A stretch of 64,000 bases of DNA from an uncultured delta proteobacterium (GTDB lineage Bacteria; Desulfobacterota; BSN033; UBA1163), in the NCBI GenBank assembly GCA_963827685.1, contig CAWHBU010000006.1, positions 320,001 to 384,000 on the forward strand, written 5' to 3'. Position numbers and translations under genes: made by a program. Below the pieces are notes generated by a model that searched no databases, was not told the DNA's origin, and saw only the letters and a program-made list of their open reading frames with translations. Every line of letters begins with the position of its first letter. Positions within the stretch are counted from its first letter, which is position 1. Shown here one piece after another: positions 28,222-37,630 of the stretch.

Positions 28222-29346
28222 TTAAAACCCTTGCAAATGGTCTCCCGGAGATTTTCCCATTTCTACTTCATATGGATTTCTTAAATACCTGCGCTCAGTA
28301 TTGGTGAATTTGATCAGCCTCTCCAATTTATTGAAGGCTTCCCCCGAATCGATGGATTGATTGGCCAACTCAATCCCTTCGCCGAGATTTTTTGCCCTTC
28401 CGGCTATCATAAAGACTGCTGCCGCGTTCAAAACAGTGATATCTCGCTTTACCCCTCGAGTGCCCCTTAGGATCTCAACGATGATCTCGGCGTTTTTTTT
28501 CTTATCCCCGCCTTCGATCTCAATGAGCTTTCCCCTTTTCAACCCGAAATCTTTAGGCTTGATGAGGTAGGTCTTTATTCGTCCACCTTTAAACTCCGTA
28601 ACCTTGGTCTTTCCAGTGATGCTCATCTCATCCAAGGTATCTTCTCCGTGGACAACGAGACCCTTTTGAATCCCAAGATTCTTCAAAACAGTGGCCATCG
28701 TCTCTGTCAACCTTGGTTCATAAACGCCCAATACCTGGATCTTTGCGCCTGCGGGGTTGATCAAAGGTTCCAAAAGGTTGAATATCGTCCTGATGCCGAT
28801 CTTCTCCCGGAGTGCAATAATGTGTCTCAAACCACTCTGGGCTAAAGGTTCGTAAAGGAAACAAATACCAATTTCCTTAATGCATCTTTCCAGTTGAGTG
28901 GATGTCATATCCAGATTGATCCCCAGTGCCTCAACGACATCTGCAGATCCACAAAGAGGAGAAACAGATTTTCTCCCATGTTTGGCCACTTTTAGACCCC
29001 CTCCTGCCACCACGAAGGCTGTTGCTGTCGAGATATTAAATGTTTTTGTTCCCTCCGTTAACCCCTTTGCCGTGCTTAGGATCGTTTCCCTTTCGACCGT
29101 GATTTCTTCACGGTCCACGCATACAACATCCTCTCCTCCATTGATCATCGAGACCTTATCCTTGATGACTCTTGCTGCTACGGTGATCTCTTGAGGGGTC
29201 TCTCCCTTCATCCTTAAGGCTGTAATAAATGAAGCGATTTGTGCATCGGATGCACTTCCTTTTGTAATCTCCTCCATCACCTCTCTCATTTCTTCTTCTG
29301 TTAAATCTCTCTTTAAAACCACCTTGCCTGTTGATTCTTTGATCAT
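28222..29346 (-). CDS. TrpD paralogue with degenerate PRPP-binding motif
   Basis: Colinear with TrpD but LSTAKGLTEG replaces LDTCGTGGDG and KHGRK replaces KHGNR. Confidence 0.85.
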   Translation of the reverse strand: MIKESTGKVVLKRDLTEEEMREVMEEITKGSASDAQIASFITALRMKGETPQEITVAARVIKDKVSMINGGEDVVCVDREEITVERETILSTAKGLTEGTKTFNISTATAFVVAGGGLKVAKHGRKSVSPLCGSADVVEALGINLDMTSTQLERCIKEIGICFLYEPLAQSGLRHIIALREKIGIRTIFNLLEPLINPAGAKIQVLGVYEPRLTETMATVLKNLGIQKGLVVHGEDTLDEMSITGKTKVTEFKGGRIKTYLIKPKDFGLKRGKLIEIEGGDKKKNAEIIVEILRGTRGVKRDITVLNAAAVFMIAGRAKNLGEGIELANQSIDSGEAFNKLERLIKFTNTERRYLRNPYEVEMGKSPGDHLQGF

Positions 29347-29391
29347 CCCCTTGCTCCTTTCATTTGGATTTAAATAATTTTCCTTTAAAAC

Positions 29392-29493
29392 AAAAAAGGC
29401 TATGGTCAGAAACCATAGCCTTTTTGAACTGCGTCTGCCTATGAAGAGGCAGAAACAAAAAAGGCCATGGGAGACTAGAAGCCGCCCATGGCC
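29392..29493 (-). terminator. Tandem intrinsic terminators of trp attenuator
   Basis: GGCCATGGG..CCCATGGCC-T6 and GGCTATGG..CCATAGCC-T6 on minus strand. Confidence 0.8.
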
Positions 29494-29513
29494 CTTACTT
29501 CTAATTCAAACGC

Positions 29514-29597
29514 TTATGATGGCACCGGGCAGACCTCCCCCTCTATGTTCTGCCACCACCACCAATTACCCTGTTTGATTCTGAAAATAATCTCCAC
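29514..29597 (-). CDS. trpL: trp leader peptide
   Basis: GAGGA RBS, GTG start, MEIIFRIKQGNWWWWQNIEGEVCPVPS*. Confidence 0.88.
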   Translation of the reverse strand: MEIIFRIKQGNWWWWQNIEGEVCPVPS

Positions 29598-29797
29598 CTA
29601 AATCCTCTTTGTTCAATATTAGCTATTGTTTAACAAATTCCCCCGGGACTTGTCAAGTTTTTTTAAAAAGAGCTCTAAAAACCTGCTACAGGCTCTGATG
29701 AGGCATTTTCTTTAGAATAGAGACCCCCCTCCAGCGCCATCCTGGTCACCGGCATGGGGTTCCCTTCTGCCACGTCCGGTGCACCTACTCGCTCGCT

Positions 29798-30055
29798 TCA
29801 CCGATATATGTCTTTGCGGTGGCCAACCTTCACAATCCAGACAGTAAGTTCATCGTCGTGAATTGAATATACGATCCGATATCGTCCTTGACGGACGCGA
29901 TATCTTTCTTGACCGGTCAACTTCTCGCAGCCTGGTGGGCGAGGATTTTCTGCAAGCGTTTTGATCCGCTGAAGAATCTTCTTCAGATCGCTCCTGGGTA
30001 TTGAAGCAAAATCCTTCTCAACGGATGCTCGGAAGTAGACTTTATATGCGGCCAT
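29798..30055 (-). CDS. RelE/ParE toxin
   Basis: NPRPPGCEKLTG...YRVRQGRYRIVY...VKVGHRKDIYR. Confidence 0.93.
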   Translation of the reverse strand: MAAYKVYFRASVEKDFASIPRSDLKKILQRIKTLAENPRPPGCEKLTGQERYRVRQGRYRIVYSIHDDELTVWIVKVGHRKDIYR

Positions 30056-30290
30056 CTTTTCTCAGCCTTTTGACCATCTCGTCATAGCTGATCAAAGGCT
30101 CTCTAACCCTTGTTTCAAACGCCGCAAGATCCTCGGCGTCTTCTGCAAGGGCTTCTCGGACCGCTTTGTTGACAAGCTCCGATACCGACGTGGATGTCTC
30201 AACCGCCTTTAGACGCAGAGCTTTATGTAGATCGGGTTCAAAGTAGACTGTGGCTCGTTTGGCTTGAGTTGCCATCATAGCACCTCCCAT
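30042..30290 (-). CDS. CopG/RHH antitoxin
   Basis: KRATVYF..DLHKALRLKA...SVSELVNKAVR; overlaps toxin. Confidence 0.88.
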   Translation of the reverse strand: MGGAMMATQAKRATVYFEPDLHKALRLKAVETSTSVSELVNKAVREALAEDAEDLAAFETRVREPLISYDEMVKRLRKDGRI

Positions 30291-30401
30291 TGTAGCTATG
30301 TAACTATAACACTATAACGCCATGACGTCAAGCTCTTCATTTTCAATCTTAAAGCGAACGACCCCTCCCCCGCATGAGATCGTCGTATACAGAAACAATT
30401 C

Positions 30402-30509
30402 TGGGGCCAAATCTTTATCTTTGATTTTCGGTTGATTGCCTTTCCTTACACAAAGACTTTCTTTTCCTTGAGAAACGTTGTCCATTGTCAAGAATAAAGA
30501 TTTGATCCC
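30402..30509. repeat. REP-like inverted pair
   Basis: GGGGCCAAATCTTTAT...ATAAAGATTTGATCCC. Confidence 0.55.
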
Positions 30510-31000
30510 AAAGCCTTACTGATTCGGAATTTTATCTAATCACCTCCTGTATTTTTCAATGCACACCACTTTTTTCTTGACATCCGTGTGCTTGAATGCA
30601 ATCATGACAACCTATCAATCATCGAGCGATGATACCGCTCAATCTTCCCCTGGGTCTACGGAGGGTACGGCTTTCTCCAGGTGTGGGTCATTTTCTTATC
30701 CTTCAAGTAGTCACGAAGGCTTGAAGAGATAAAGCAGGGACTATTATCAGACTGCAGTTTGGGACGGAGATAGACAACCACATGCATCACACGCATTTTT
30801 CTTCTTGCCATGGGTCATTTCCTCCGGTATTGTATCTATTAAACCATAGCTTAGATAAAGCTGTTAAGTCTCCAAATTCATCCGAAACGGAACAATTTCA
30901 ACATATGCGTAAATATATGTTGACTCATATATTCTTTTACAAAAAAACTAATTATTAAATTTTATTGCGATTTTGATTCATAAATCCAAAGGAGTTAAAA

Positions 31001-31888
31001 ATGGGCTATTCAGAAACCAAATGTGAAATTTTCAATGCAGACGACAAAACCAAACTCAACGTTTACGAGTGGATACCTAAAAATAATATTCGTGCTGTTT
31101 TTCTAGCGATCCATGGCGGTATGGCTCATGGCGGAGATTTTGTTACACCGGCTCTGTATTTTCTTGAAAAGGGTGTTGCGACTTATGCGCCGGACCTCAG
31201 GTGGCACGGAACATATCCAAAATACAACGCTGGCGGAAAAGTATTTTTTCACGTTGACAGCATTGATGAGACCATCAATGACATCCATAATTTATATCTC
31301 TGGATCAGGAAGAAACATTCAAGCCTGCCGATTTTTATTTTGTGCCATTCCTACGGAGCATTGGTCTCTCTGAATTACGGGTTGACTGCAGCAAAAGATG
31401 ATGATATTTCCGGTTTCATCGTTTCATCACCCTGGCTTAAAAATATTGTCCAAGTGCCCAAAGCCCTTGAAATAGTGGCAAAGGTAATAGCCAGGATAAA
31501 CCCAAAATTTGCAATAAAACCCAAACCTTTAACCGATAACCTGACTCATGATCCTGTAATCACAGCCCGGCACCACGAGGACGAAAGAATCGGTATTCGG
31601 GGAACCCAGGGCTCTGCAAGCCTCATCATCGAGTTGCCCAAGGCACAAGACTTTGTCATAGAAAATATGAAGAATTGGACAAAATTTCCTATTTTTGCAG
31701 TATTGGCAGGGCAAGATAAACTCGCTGATCCGGCAACAAGTGAAATGGCATTGACACAGGTTCCCCAAAAACTTCTTACACTAAAAAAATATGAAAATAA
31801 TTTTCACGAAAATTTTAATGAAGTAAATCGTAATGAAATATTTAACCTTGTATGGAATTGGATGGGCGATTTTTTGAAAAAACCTTAA
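31001..31888 (+). CDS. Alpha/beta hydrolase (lysophospholipase-like)
   Basis: IHG, DLRWHG, CHSYG nucleophile elbow, QDKL, FHE. Confidence 0.88.
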   Translation: MGYSETKCEIFNADDKTKLNVYEWIPKNNIRAVFLAIHGGMAHGGDFVTPALYFLEKGVATYAPDLRWHGTYPKYNAGGKVFFHVDSIDETINDIHNLYLWIRKKHSSLPIFILCHSYGALVSLNYGLTAAKDDDISGFIVSSPWLKNIVQVPKALEIVAKVIARINPKFAIKPKPLTDNLTHDPVITARHHEDERIGIRGTQGSASLIIELPKAQDFVIENMKNWTKFPIFAVLAGQDKLADPATSEMALTQVPQKLLTLKKYENNFHENFNEVNRNEIFNLVWNWMGDFLKKP

Positions 31889-31924
31889 ACGGAAATCAAA
31901 AGTAGAAATAAAGCAAAGGAAAAA

Positions 31925-32052
31925 GGGTCAGGCCTTGCAATCATACATTTTCATATACGCTCCACCCATTTTATTGCCCGACTCATGGTAGCATAGTGGA
32001 AACCCAGATGTTCGGCAATCTCCTTCAATGTGCTATTGCAAGACTTGACCCC
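31925..32052. mobile_element. RAYT-derived MITE, copy 1
   Basis: GGGTCAGGCCTTGCAAT / ATTGCAAGACTTGACCCC ends; near-identical to 35569-35696. Confidence 0.7.
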
Positions 32053-32071
32053 GCGAGTTTCGGGCCGGGCT

Positions 32072-32434
32072 CTATATTTCTTCAAATTCCTTTAATGTCT
32101 TTTCAGTTATTACATCACCTGTATGTTTTATTTTGGATGATTCTAAAACCATCATCCACGTTTCCTCATCAGCAAATGGCCTATGCTTTTTGCCTTTTGG
32201 AATGACCACTAATTCTCCTGGATTTATTTCAATGATTCCGTCTTCTAATTCGATTCTGAATTTACCTTTTATTATATAGAACAATTCATCTTCATCTTTA
32301 TGGTCATGCCAAACCAATTCACCCTTGACTTTAACAATTTTCACATCATAGTTATCCACCCGACTAATTATTTTCGGGCTCCATAATTCATCAAATTTTC
32401 TAAACTTATCTTCGAGGTTTATTACTTTTATCAT
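32072..32434 (-). CDS. Cupin domain protein (cassette)
   Basis: WHDHKDEDELF..IKG, IPKGKKHRP. Confidence 0.9.
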   Translation of the reverse strand: MIKVINLEDKFRKFDELWSPKIISRVDNYDVKIVKVKGELVWHDHKDEDELFYIIKGKFRIELEDGIIEINPGELVVIPKGKKHRPFADEETWMMVLESSKIKHTGDVITEKTLKEFEEI

Positions 32435-32456
32435 ACTTTTCCTTTCATCTTATCGC

Positions 32457-32514
32457 GCATAACGCGAAGATCAGCGGCACGGTTCACCGTGTCTGCTGGA
32501 TATGACTGTTTGAT
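32457..32514 (-). other. attC site
   Basis: Plus strand GCATAAC...CAGCGGCACGG TTCA CCGTGTCTGCTG...GTTTGAT. Confidence 0.75.
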
Positions 32515-33803
32515 TTAGTTTTTACCTTGTCTAATCTCTCCGCTTGCTCTTGGACTTGAGCAAGTGTTGTGTAGCCCCTATCTAAAAGAGAGACCATGGT
32601 TATGATTACCCAAGCCACCATTAAAGAAAAATCTTCAAGTAATATTTGATCGATATGGGTATACTCAGCGCGATGAACAGCTTTTGATCTCAGTTTATAA
32701 TAGTTCCTTATCTTGCTCTTTAATTGTTCATAATTGCCGTACTCTTCATATTTATACCCCCCAAAAACCAATATGGATGATATTCCACGAGCATTAAGTT
32801 CTGTTATCTCTTTTTTGCTAAGGGTGAAAAAACATTCCACACAAGACCATAATTTAACCCAGGCCGATGGATGCGAGCGGTCTTTTTGAGCCTCGCCAAT
32901 CCAGAATAGGGATTTAACAACAGCCTCCTCCAGTTCATTTCTTGTTTGTTTATCTACTAAGTTGGAAAGCTTTTCAAAAAAGCACACAGAGCTAAGGTAC
33001 TTCAATAGCTCTGGTTCTATTCTAAAATCTTGTTCAGACCTAAAATAACGAGTGAACAAAAGACTTTTTCCTGAGTCTCCCCATCCAAAGCTACTCGCAG
33101 GACCGTACGCATGTGCACAATTATTTATTAGACGTATGTTTATCTTGTGGATAGCGGGACCATATAGAGCGCAAGAATAGAGCCTTAGCACGGATAGCGA
33201 CAATTCGGCATTGTGGTAAAACTTTTCTTGTGCAACTGAACTACTACCTCTTTCAGTTCCAACAATAACCAAGCTGTTACTATATTCTTTCTTTATGGCG
33301 TCATTAATGCGATCACTGACATCGGTAATTCCAGAAATAAGCTTTTGGTCATATTCTCTTATTTCTTTTTTTCCGATAACAATGTTGTCTATCTTATCGA
33401 AAGAAAGACCATTCACCCTACAGACAAACGTATAATTGTCTATCTTTTTAGAAAGTAATATGTCCAGAGGATCTATAAACTCTGCATCATCTGGGATAAG
33501 ATTATCATTTAGCCACCGCTCGATTTCAGCGATCACTCCTTGAAATATATCGTTGTAATTTAGCACATCTCCATATTTTCTGGTCTGATGTATAAAATCG
33601 CATATCCTTCGTAAAGCAACTCTCCCATCTTTAGATAAATAGATCTCGTTCTTATTTACCTTGACCTTCGGGGAAAGGAATCCAATTTCCTTTATCTCGT
33701 CAATAGTTTTGGGAAAAGATTGACCTTTTAATGAAAATATTAGGTCAATATCTCTCTTGATTGATCTTTTTTGCTTTGGTGTTAATTCTTCGTGAAGAGT
33801 CAT
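32484..33803 (-). CDS. HEPN-domain protein (ApeA/MAE_28990-like; cassette)
   Basis: C-terminal WSCVECFF and YKLRSKAVH (Rx4H). Confidence 0.75.
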   Translation of the reverse strand: MTLHEELTPKQKRSIKRDIDLIFSLKGQSFPKTIDEIKEIGFLSPKVKVNKNEIYLSKDGRVALRRICDFIHQTRKYGDVLNYNDIFQGVIAEIERWLNDNLIPDDAEFIDPLDILLSKKIDNYTFVCRVNGLSFDKIDNIVIGKKEIREYDQKLISGITDVSDRINDAIKKEYSNSLVIVGTERGSSSVAQEKFYHNAELSLSVLRLYSCALYGPAIHKINIRLINNCAHAYGPASSFGWGDSGKSLLFTRYFRSEQDFRIEPELLKYLSSVCFFEKLSNLVDKQTRNELEEAVVKSLFWIGEAQKDRSHPSAWVKLWSCVECFFTLSKKEITELNARGISSILVFGGYKYEEYGNYEQLKSKIRNYYKLRSKAVHRAEYTHIDQILLEDFSLMVAWVIITMVSLLDRGYTTLAQVQEQAERLDKVKTKSNSHIQQTR

Positions 33804-34000
33804 TCTTATTAAAAATCTAACGAGCCTGTAGAAAAAGTCACTTTTTTAGAAACTGCTTCTTCTGCTGGATCAAAAATAGGAAATTATTTTCTCCCAGCGA
33901 GAGTTTTTGGATCTGGTAATGGGGTCTTCTGGTAAATTGGTCTGGTCTCAACTGTTTGCAGAGTTTTGGTGATTGTTGAGACCTGACCCTTGGTCCCTTC

Positions 34001-34071
34001 GAACCGCCCGGTGCGGACCCGCACGCCGGGTGGTGTGGGGAGGGGCGGCTAAAAACCGTCCCTTACCCGAT
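34001..34071 (+). ncRNA. Group IIC(-attC) intron remnant, domains V-VI
   Basis: GAACCGCCCGGTGCGGACCCGCACGCCGGGTGGTGTGGGGAGGGG...CCCTTACCCGAT followed by TAGCTC of attC. Confidence 0.9.
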
Positions 34072-35036
34072 TAGCTCATGCGAATTCCATGTTCAACAAT
34101 AAGTTTTGCAAACTGTTCTCCATCAACCAGCTCAATTTTAATGCCTTTTTCTTCAAAGTATTTTTCGGCAGCAGAGGCTGCTTCAGGAGAAATGGCACCT
34201 GATGTAATGACCATCCCCAGATTTGCAGACTCAGCTTCAATTCCTTTAATCAGTTGCTCTACAACATCCTTACCGACAGCTGGTTCTGGTTGCCAATGTT
34301 TTGCCTGTATTGCAATGAGTTGACGGAATGCACCTGCCACACGAAATGTAACAAGTATGTCTGCTCCTTTGTCTTGGCTACGTGGAACAATTCTAGCATC
34401 TTCAGCCCCCAAACCGGTTAATACAGTTTGAATCAGTCTTTCAAAACCAAAGCTATCCATCCGCCCACTATGTAATTCGTTCAAAGTTTCCCTAATAAGA
34501 CGGGTTTGTAAATCGCTTTGAAACGTTGGCGTTTGACCCGATAACGCAATCTGAAGGCACTCCTTTATTTCTTCAAGCAGATCGGTCGCATAAGCACAAG
34601 TACCTTGTGTTTTCATACGAGAGATAAGTGCTGATTTTGCCAAATCACGACGAATTGATTTCTTATCGTTGAGCCATCTGACTGGCCTCCTGTAGGCTGT
34701 GTCATCATCGATCTTATTTGAATCGTATATTGCTGGACCTTCAATTTCTGCAACATAGAACTCAGACCAATAAGGGACAACAACAAGATCTCCCTTATTC
34801 ATCTCCCGAATAAAACGCCACATGTGGCCAGCAGCAGCCCCTGCTTTGCGCAATGTATCTTCACTGGCATAGTAAGTATTCCTTATAATTTCTCGAAATT
34901 GTTCCCATGTCAAATTTGTATCAAGCAGGCCTTCTGCTAATGACCACCCGATTATTATCTGGTTTTCGGTCAATGCCTCTGGTACTCTGTCGATGCCGCT
35001 TGGGGCAATCCGCAAAATAAATGCTTGTTGGTTCAT
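34071..35036 (-). CDS. Mrr-like restriction endonuclease (cassette)
   Basis: FERLI..L..LG, DKGAD, IQAKHW, IELVDGEQF. Confidence 0.88.
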   Translation of the reverse strand: MNQQAFILRIAPSGIDRVPEALTENQIIIGWSLAEGLLDTNLTWEQFREIIRNTYYASEDTLRKAGAAAGHMWRFIREMNKGDLVVVPYWSEFYVAEIEGPAIYDSNKIDDDTAYRRPVRWLNDKKSIRRDLAKSALISRMKTQGTCAYATDLLEEIKECLQIALSGQTPTFQSDLQTRLIRETLNELHSGRMDSFGFERLIQTVLTGLGAEDARIVPRSQDKGADILVTFRVAGAFRQLIAIQAKHWQPEPAVGKDVVEQLIKGIEAESANLGMVITSGAISPEAASAAEKYFEEKGIKIELVDGEQFAKLIVEHGIRMS

Positions 35037-35047
35037 TTGTTACTCTG

Positions 35048-35136
35048 AGCTAACGTCCTTGGCTGACCCGCTGGGGCAGTGAATAACCTCTAGCCAACCG
35101 AGCTATCACCAGTCGGTGTCAAGCCGGTTGTTAGAT
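35048..35136 (-). other. attC site
   Basis: Plus strand AGCTAAC..GGCTGACCCGCTGG...CCAGTCGGTGTCAAGCC..GTTAGAT. Confidence 0.8.
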
Positions 35137-35152
35137 GTTCTTAAGGACGTAA

Positions 35153-35488
35153 TTATGATTGATTTTTCGGATTATCAGTCACTAACCGTATCCACAATGG
35201 CCGACCTTTCTCGTCACGCTGCGTTGGATTGCGTGCGATTTCAAGAAATTCTTTCAGAAAATCTCCATGAAGAGGATGGAAAGGTGGTTCTTTTTGTTGT
35301 TGGTATTTTTGATATTCACGATCAATAGCTCCCGAAAATGCCTGCGCCATCTTGGGATCGTATTGCATGAGGAGTCGAAAAATTAAGAATTGGGAGGCAC
35401 CAATAGATCCGATTACTTTGGATAAGTGATTGATGGTTTTTTGTTGTGTTTGAATAATTTGGATCAGGTCAGCAGTAGGGTCTGTCAT
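35153..35488 (-). CDS. Hypothetical protein (cassette)
   Basis: AGGAG RBS, bounded by att cores. Confidence 0.65.
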   Translation of the reverse strand: MTDPTADLIQIIQTQQKTINHLSKVIGSIGASQFLIFRLLMQYDPKMAQAFSGAIDREYQKYQQQKEPPFHPLHGDFLKEFLEIARNPTQRDEKGRPLWIRLVTDNPKNQS

Positions 35489-35568
35489 GGGAATTCTCCT
35501 TTCTATGTTATTTACTTCTAACGAGCCTGTAGAAAAAGTCTTTTGGACCAGTGAGAAGAAGGAAAAAA

Positions 35569-35696
35569 GGGTCAGGTCTTGCAATCATACATTTTCATAC
35601 CCGCTCCACCAATTTTATTGCCCGACTCATAGTAGCATAGTAGAAACCCAGATATTCGGCAATCTCCTTCAATGTGCTATTGCAAGACCTGACCCC
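35569..35696. mobile_element. RAYT-derived MITE, copy 2
   Basis: GGGTCAGGTCTTGCAAT / ATTGCAAGACCTGACCCC. Confidence 0.7.
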
Positions 35697-35718
35697 GACA
35701 CTAGTGATAATTTTTGTA

Positions 35719-35875
35719 GTCCTAATTGGGCGCTGAGCTGCCACAGCGATTAACCTTTAAAATAGTGGACAGCGAAACGAGTTCCACGTAGATCGCTTTC
35801 ATAATATACTCAACCGTTGCAAGCCATGCTTAACGTACCGACGCTCATCTGGTCAGCTTGAGCGCCTGGTTAGCT
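35719..35875 (-). other. attC site (long)
   Basis: TCCTAAT..GGCGCTGAGCTG...CAGCTTGAGCGCC..GTTAGCT. Confidence 0.7.
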
Positions 35876-35909
35876 GGCAACTTGTTACCTATCTCCCCGT
35901 TCGCTCACT

Positions 35910-36662
35910 TTAATAAATAATATTGTTTTCGTATACAAATTCAGGATTTTGATTGTAAAACCATTGCAAAAACATTTCAGGATTACAAAAGTTTGGCAAA
36001 GATACATTTCGCTGAATCCAACCATTTCGAACATTTATTCCGCCCCAACATTGAAGTAATTCATTTCTAACATAATATTGGCGATTATTGCGGCGTTCCC
36101 CAATCGGTAATAAATATCTTAATCTTCCAGAGTTATTATGATTTGCGAAAATTACGATATCTGTATTTTGTGGATCTTGATAATTTGCCAATCTTGTGTG
36201 AGCGTTCTGATTACGTATATTTTCATGGACTGTATTTGCGAGAAGTACATTTTCAAATCTATACAATCCGAATATTGCGTAATTGAGTGATTGCTGTCTA
36301 TTATCAATCGGTGTAAAGCTCGCATAGAAGGCAATGAAGTTGTCTTGCGACCCTTCAAAATAAGTTAATATGCGTCTTGCTCTTTGACCAGAGTCGCCAT
36401 AGCTAAAGAATCGAAAATCTGGATCGAGATGGCAATTAGCCCCTTGTAGTCGAACTGGAAAAACGAATGTATCTTGTTGCGCAAAATCATAACAAGTTTC
36501 CTCAAACTCATTATAGGTTGTTTCAAATCCTGGCTCGAATATATCTGGATTCTCTCTTTTAGGTTGCATCGGGACGTAACAAAATGACCTATCATCAAAA
36601 CAGGGCGCATTCCAACCACCATACTTTTGATCAATGCCCACCCTAACCAATAATCCTCGCAT
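35910..36662 (-). CDS. Nmad3-like (nucleotide modification-associated) protein (cassette)
   Basis: RVGID..YGG..AP.F.D.SF.YVP...CHLDPDF..FSYGD. Confidence 0.65.
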   Translation of the reverse strand: MRGLLVRVGIDQKYGGWNAPCFDDRSFCYVPMQPKRENPDIFEPGFETTYNEFEETCYDFAQQDTFVFPVRLQGANCHLDPDFRFFSYGDSGQRARRILTYFEGSQDNFIAFYASFTPIDNRQQSLNYAIFGLYRFENVLLANTVHENIRNQNAHTRLANYQDPQNTDIVIFANHNNSGRLRYLLPIGERRNNRQYYVRNELLQCWGGINVRNGWIQRNVSLPNFCNPEMFLQWFYNQNPEFVYENNIIY

Positions 36663-36699
36663 GATAAATTACTCTGTGTTTTTTGATAATTGTGTTGCC

Positions 36700-36788
36700 A
36701 GCTAACAGATATTAGACAGAAAAATTATATTGTAATAAAATAATTCTGCCTATTATTACATGCCTGATTCTTGTCTAACCTGTTAGGA
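36700..36788 (-). other. attI-like unit, copy 1
   Basis: Minus GTCTAATATCTGTTAGC simple site; 89 bp homologous to 39410-39498. Confidence 0.55.
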
Positions 36789-36943
36789 GGGTCAGGTCTT
36801 TTATCTTGGTGCTATCCTTCTATCCTTTGGTCTGATGACATCACTTATTGTGGATGCGTGCCCGCATAGGTGTCGAGACGATTCCACTACACCAATACCC
36901 ATATTTCGTTAGCCCAAAATACCAAGACAAAAGACCTGACTCC
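36789..36943. repeat. REP-like inverted pair replacing an attC
   Basis: GGGTCAGGTCTTTTATCTTGGT...ACCAAGACAAAAGACCTGACTCC. Confidence 0.6.
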
Positions 36944-36960
36944 CTTCCGCTCCCTGATGT

Positions 36961-37518
36961 TTATCCAAAATAATCTTTCATATTAAACTTACTGAGCCAG
37001 TCATACCGTGGTTTGGCAAATAATCTCATTGTTCGCTGGCTTTCATAGAGTTTGATGAGATCCTCCAAACGGTTTTGATAATAAGAGATCTCATGTGAGT
37101 CAGTTAATAAAAGTATTTGAGTTGCCCTTTTGTCTTCCAAGGCTATCCTGCAAAGCTCATTAAGAAAATTGAGCGACCTAATCTCTCGGTCAAGCAAGCC
37201 ATGCTCTATAGCATACATTGGTTCAGTTTGGCCCAAACGAATAAGAAGATAGCTGACCGAGTTTTGTTTGTCATGAATTTCATCGGCTATCTTAGGATGT
37301 TTTCTTATTTCTTCTTTGATTGTTTTCCAATAGTCTTTTCTTTCAAAAACCATCGCCTGATAGTTGTTGAGCAGAGTTAAAAAAGATTGATATTTTCGCT
37401 CTTTGAAATTTGCCTTAATTTCGGTAATGAAAACAATGAGTGCTACTATTAATCCTAACGTAGTAGCAATGTTTGCGATCGTTTGTATTGCACCGGGAAT
37501 TGTTCCCATTTTTAACAA
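36961..37518 (-). CDS. Hypothetical protein with N-terminal TM helix (cassette)
   Basis: IATTLGLIVALIVFI; follows attC. Confidence 0.7.
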   Translation of the reverse strand: MLKMGTIPGAIQTIANIATTLGLIVALIVFITEIKANFKERKYQSFLTLLNNYQAMVFERKDYWKTIKEEIRKHPKIADEIHDKQNSVSYLLIRLGQTEPMYAIEHGLLDREIRSLNFLNELCRIALEDKRATQILLLTDSHEISYYQNRLEDLIKLYESQRTMRLFAKPRYDWLSKFNMKDYFG

Positions 37519-37563
37519 CTCTTAACGGGTCTTAACTGACTATGATAGGTCCGTCATTGATTA

Positions 37564-37627
37564 GCATAACGCCTGCATCACCGGGAGGCCCGATTTTTGG
37601 CCGATCCGGTGCATGCGGCAGTTGGGC
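37564..37627 (-). other. attC site
   Basis: GCATAAC GCCTGCATCACCGG...CCGGTGCATGCGGC A GTTGGGC. Confidence 0.85.
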
Positions 37628-37630
37628 TAA

